Source of the DNA: a virus
Taxonomy: Duplodnaviria; Caudoviricetes
Virus record (IMG/VR): IMGVR_UViG_3300014720_002243
Location: 1 to 64,000 of that record
Direction: 5' to 3' (one strand)
DNA: 64,000 bases
Under the pieces are notes generated by a model. That model was not told the DNA's origin, did no database searches, and saw nothing but the letters and a program-made list of their open reading frames with translations. This document shows positions 61,241-64,000 of the stretch, one piece after another. Within the stretch, counting starts at the first letter, position 1. Each line of letters begins with the position of its first letter. A program made the translations under genes and the position numbers.

Positions 61241-61429
61241 ATGATGAGCATCTTCGAAGATACAGATACGATCAACGCTATCCTCTCCGATCTTGCGGAG
61301 CGTGAGATTCTTGAACCTATGGCTGAACCGATTGACGATCCCGACTGTCATCCTCTGGATTGGGCGGAAGTTGTTGGGGTTGCCGATGAGATTTTCGATG
61401 AAATCTACCCAGAATCAAACAGGAGTTGA
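61241..61429 (+). CDS. Small acidic protein
   Basis: GGGAG RBS; D/E-rich. Confidence 0.7.
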   Translation: MMSIFEDTDTINAILSDLAEREILEPMAEPIDDPDCHPLDWAEVVGVADEIFDEIYPESNRS

Positions 61430-61454
61430 CAAATAAAATGTTGAACGGTATACT
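61426..61454 (+). promoter_or_regulatory. sigma70 promoter
   Basis: TTGACA-17-TATACT. Confidence 0.75.
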
Positions 61455-61512
61455 CTTTATTGTCGGATATATCGGTTTGTTCTATATCGCTGTAACCTTG
61501 AAGGACTGAAAG

Positions 61513-61872
61513 ATGAGCCATCCTGACCCGTTGTATGATCCCGAAAACTCTTATGAGGATGATGATATGGACGCAAACTATGACGATTACAATGATTTCC
61601 ATGATGGCGTTGATGGTGATGATCGTACTAATGAGTATTGGCCCAACCTAACTACCGGCGGTGATGACGATGAGGATGGCTGGAATGAATTTGATAGTTG
61701 GGATGAGGATTATGATGATAGTATGGACGGCGACCATGATAGCGGTATGGCTTCTGCAGGATGGGGAACCGACGAGGATTACGGTTATTACGGGGACGAT
61801 GTAGAAGATTTTCATACAGATGAGGCTGTGGGTTTTGTAGATTACGACGAAGACGGCCCATATTACGATTGA
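61513..61872 (+). CDS. Extremely acidic Asp/Tyr-rich protein, candidate DNA mimic
   Basis: 119 aa dominated by D/E with aromatic residues; a single Arg and no Lys. Confidence 0.75.
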   Translation: MSHPDPLYDPENSYEDDDMDANYDDYNDFHDGVDGDDRTNEYWPNLTTGGDDDEDGWNEFDSWDEDYDDSMDGDHDSGMASAGWGTDEDYGYYGDDVEDFHTDEAVGFVDYDEDGPYYD

Positions 61873-61875
61873 ACC

Positions 61876-61953
61876 TAAAGCCTTATCGCACAATGGTTTG
61901 CGATTAGGCTCTCCGAGAGCATATGTCTTAAACCCTTGTGAGGCAACGCTTTA
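61876..61953. repeat. Paired-palindrome element 9
   Basis: TAAAGCCTT-N7-AATGGTTTG / TAAACCCTT-N7-AACGCTTTA, 53-bp offset. Confidence 0.9.
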
Positions 61954-62007
61954 GAAAAAATAAAGATTTGCTATTGCAAAAGCCGATTATAGTGGTAGGA
62001 TACGAGT

Positions 62008-62187
62008 ATGAGCAAGCGAAACAGCAAAAAGACGATCACGATTAGCCTGAATCTAAAAAAGGTTTGGGAGGTTCCTCGCGGACATTGTGAACATATTAGT
62101 GGTACCGGTGTCCACGATAATAGGGCTAGGCGTGAGCGTACCCGTGGTACTGCTAACCGTAAGGCTTTTAGAGACTATGAGGACTGA
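62008..62187 (+). CDS. Small basic protein (59 aa), probably leaderless
   Basis: MSKRNSKK...GTGVHDNRARRERTR...; ATG 6 nt after the TAGGAT -10 box (promoter 61974-62001). Confidence 0.6.
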   Translation: MSKRNSKKTITISLNLKKVWEVPRGHCEHISGTGVHDNRARRERTRGTANRKAFRDYED

Positions 62188-62272
62188 GTCTCTGCTAATC
62201 CTAAAGGATTGACTAGAGTGGCTGTAGTCAGCGAGAATTTCTTGTATAGACATTATCAACATAAAGGATAAA

Positions 62273-62443
62273 ATGCTAAAATCTTCTAATGTTTTGATTT
62301 CTTTGTCTGAGATCGAAGTTTGTTTGATTATTGCTGGTTTGTATACTGTAAAGGGTAAACAGGCTGATGAATCTTATAAGATTTTTGTCCAACAACTAAT
62401 CGACAAGGTATCGAAGACTCAACCGGAAACATCGATTTGCTAG
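62273..62443 (+). CDS. Hypothetical 56-aa protein
   Basis: AAGGA RBS; MLKSSNVLISLSEIEV... Confidence 0.55.
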   Translation: MLKSSNVLISLSEIEVCLIIAGLYTVKGKQADESYKIFVQQLIDKVSKTQPETSIC

Positions 62444-62478
62444 TTGACAAACTCTTACAAGAAAGGTAGAATGTTGCT

Positions 62479-62778
62479 ATGACTGGTATGACGCTTAAGG
62501 ATTGGATTAACGCTTATATTCCAAAAGGAAAGACTGAGGATAATATGGTAAAAGTGGTGGTTACGCAAACTGATACGTTCTGTGGTGAGCCTAACTATGG
62601 CTGGGCTAACCGATATGAGTTTATTATTCACAAACAGGCATCTCAGCGTAATGTGGTGCGTAAGGCTAAGGCTTTGGCCGGAATGACTGGTGTTAAGGCC
62701 GATACCTACGATTATGGTGATGGTTATACTGTAAAGCCTCGTGGATATAATCAGGTTATTTTTGTGGATTTTGAATAA
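62479..62778 (+). CDS. Phage hypothetical protein (alternative start 62545)
   Basis: Promoter TTGACA-17-TAGAAT at 62444-62472; TDTFCGEPNYGW.NRY motif. Confidence 0.7.
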   Translation: MTGMTLKDWINAYIPKGKTEDNMVKVVVTQTDTFCGEPNYGWANRYEFIIHKQASQRNVVRKAKALAGMTGVKADTYDYGDGYTVKPRGYNQVIFVDFE

Positions 62779-62912
62779 TGAAACTTTTTAAAAAGAAAAA
62801 CCCATATGAAAAAGCTAGAGAAAGAATGGAGCGTGAAACAGCTAGGGCTCTTGCTCATGTTCAGAATCTAGAAAAAATGTATCAAGAAATGAAAAAGAAG
62901 CATAAGACGTAA
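62778..62912 (+). CDS. 44-aa basic protein whose stop codon is the first TAA of element 10
   Basis: TAATG coupling; MKLFKKKNPYEKARE...KKKHKT*. Confidence 0.55.
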   Translation: MKLFKKKNPYEKARERMERETARALAHVQNLEKMYQEMKKKHKT

Positions 62913-62987
62913 CCTCTTGATAATCAAGGCTTTGCAAAAAGCCTCATCAATAGAAGAACTCATAAACCATTGTCCAGAAAGGACTTA
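62910..62987. repeat. Paired-palindrome element 10
   Basis: TAACCTCTT-N7-AAGGCTTTG / TAAACCATT-N7-AAGGACTTA, 53-bp offset. Confidence 0.9.
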
Positions 62988-63018
62988 AAGATTTTTGAAA
63001 AATCACTACAGAGACCCC

Positions 63019-63047
63019 TTGACAGATACCGATAAAGATAGTAGAAT
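63019..63047 (+). promoter_or_regulatory. sigma70 promoter with CGATA in the spacer
   Basis: TTGACA-gataccgataaagatag-TAGAAT. Confidence 0.8.
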
Positions 63048-63072
63048 ACGACAACAACAGGAAAGGAAGTTT

Positions 63073-63270
63073 ATGCTCTACCGTTTTTATGATATTGTGG
63101 CCGAAAACGATGAAACCGAATACTCTTTGGATAAGGAATACACTCTAGATATTCCAGAACATGATATGTCTACCGCTGTTGAGCGGCAAGAATACCTCGG
63201 TAAGATGTTTGATGCTCTGATTGCTGCTACTGGTTGCAATATTTCCTCTTTTAGTTGCGACCCATCGTAA
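63073..63270 (+). CDS. Small acidic hypothetical protein
   Basis: AAGGAAG RBS; MLYRFYDIVAENDE... Confidence 0.65.
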   Translation: MLYRFYDIVAENDETEYSLDKEYTLDIPEHDMSTAVERQEYLGKMFDALIAATGCNISSFSCDPS

Positions 63271-63287
63271 GCAGACACCCGTTTTCA

Positions 63288-63365
63288 TAAATCCTTACCA
63301 GATAAGGGTTTGTGAACTTCGGGACCGGCATAGATATGCGTAAAGCCTTGCAACGTAAGAACTTG
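63288..63365. repeat. Paired-palindrome element 11
   Basis: TAAATCCTT-N7-AAGGGTTTG / TAAAGCCTT-N7-AAGAACTTG, 53-bp offset. Confidence 0.9.
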
Positions 63366-63454
63366 CATCAAAAAAAGATTTTTTCAAGATTTGCTCTTGC
63401 TTTTGTCGATAATAGAGGTATACTTAGAGAATACCACTCGAAGGAGATGCTAAA

Positions 63455-63718
63455 ATGAGTCCTGACGGAACCTACAACGGATATGCGAATCGTGAGACTT
63501 GGAATGTTTGTCTTTGGATTTCTAATGATGAAGGTCTGAACGAGTTTGCGGCCGTTTGCCAAAACTACAATGATTTCAAGGCTAGGCTTCGTGAAGTTGA
63601 TCCCGATTCGGCTATCGCATATGAAACGCCCGACAATGTGGCTTGGAACGATAGTGCCGTGAATCTTGCAGAAATGCAGGACTATTGGGAAGAAAACTTT
63701 TCTAAGGTTTGGGGTTGA
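63455..63718 (+). CDS. Phage hypothetical protein
   Basis: AAGGAG RBS; promoter at 63397-63424; YNGYANRETWNVCLWISNDEG motif. Confidence 0.75.
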   Translation: MSPDGTYNGYANRETWNVCLWISNDEGLNEFAAVCQNYNDFKARLREVDPDSAIAYETPDNVAWNDSAVNLAEMQDYWEENFSKVWG

Positions 63719-63743
63719 CAAACGACGATACAGAGTGTAAACT
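63715..63743 (+). promoter_or_regulatory. sigma70 promoter with CGATA in the spacer
   Basis: TTGACA-aacgacgatacagagtg-TAAACT. Confidence 0.75.
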
Positions 63744-63782
63744 GTAAGCAAGTGACGATAACAATAGAAGAAAGGGAATGAT

Positions 63783-64000
63783 ATGAGCGATTGGATTCTG
63801 ATTGGCGGTGTTTTTACGGCTGTGATGGTGTCTATTATGGCCTTTGTTGTCTATGGTGTTTATGGTGGTGTTCATGCTTCGCTGTCGAACGCGAAGAAGG
63901 GAGAGGTTTACAACTTCCTTTATGAGCAGCCACTTCATGGTGATCCTGAGAGATTTATGGCTAGAGTTCTTACTGTGAATATTATGACTGACGAAGACAT
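63783..64000 (+). CDS. Membrane-anchored hypothetical protein, 3' truncated by the window
   Basis: MSDWILIGGVFTAVMVSIMAFVVYG..., open to the window end. Confidence 0.6.
   Translation, partial: MSDWILIGGVFTAVMVSIMAFVVYGVYGGVHASLSNAKKGEVYNFLYEQPLHGDPERFMARVLTVNIMTDED

Noticed and set aside
55802-63365. CRISPR array
   Set aside because: The repeats are degenerate, paired and separated by whole genes, not identical repeats with 30-40-nt spacers; no cas genes.
55802-63365. Canonical integron
   Set aside because: No intI in the window, no consistent GTTRRRY/RYYYAAC cores, and the cassettes carry their own promoters; kept only as an analogy.
55802-63365. Paired elements as simple Rho-independent terminators
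   Set aside because: The stems are AT-rich and mismatched, most lack a U-tract, and termination would not need a fixed 53-bp spacing.
55888-63938. Minus-strand ORFs in the early region
   Set aside because: sigma70 promoters and RBSs point to the plus strand, and these ORFs overlap better-supported genes.
1-64000. Alternative genetic code (stop recoding)
   Set aside because: Long genes are intact in the standard code, and TAA, TAG and TGA all end genes.
1-64000. tRNA or rRNA genes
   Set aside because: No cloverleaf or rRNA-like sequence was recognised by eye; a tRNAscan/Infernal run would be needed to exclude them.

Overview
This window is a 64-kb segment of a large tailed dsDNA phage genome (standard genetic code). 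The host is probably a planctomycete, inferred from a Planctomycete-like IHF/HU gene and SHD1-like domains. (1) Positions 1-52.7 kb are an AT-rich, minus-strand late operon. It encodes a sigma-like factor, GDP-mannose dehydratase, HNH and ERCC4 nucleases, large terminase, portal, protease/scaffold, major capsid, neck proteins, tail tube and chaperones. It also encodes a 6543-aa tape-measure protein carrying many enzyme-like domains, and large fibre/adhesin proteins. (2) Positions 52.7-55.7 kb hold plus-strand regulators plus glmS and a GNA1-type acetyltransferase. (3) Positions 55.75-64 kb are a more GC-rich early region with about 25 small plus-strand genes and about 17 sigma70 promoters. This region is punctuated 11 times by a 78-bp element: two 9-7-9 inverted repeats always exactly 53 bp apart. 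The best candidates for undescribed systems are that paired-palindrome array and the multi-enzyme tape-measure protein. All product calls come from motif recognition by eye; no database searches were run.
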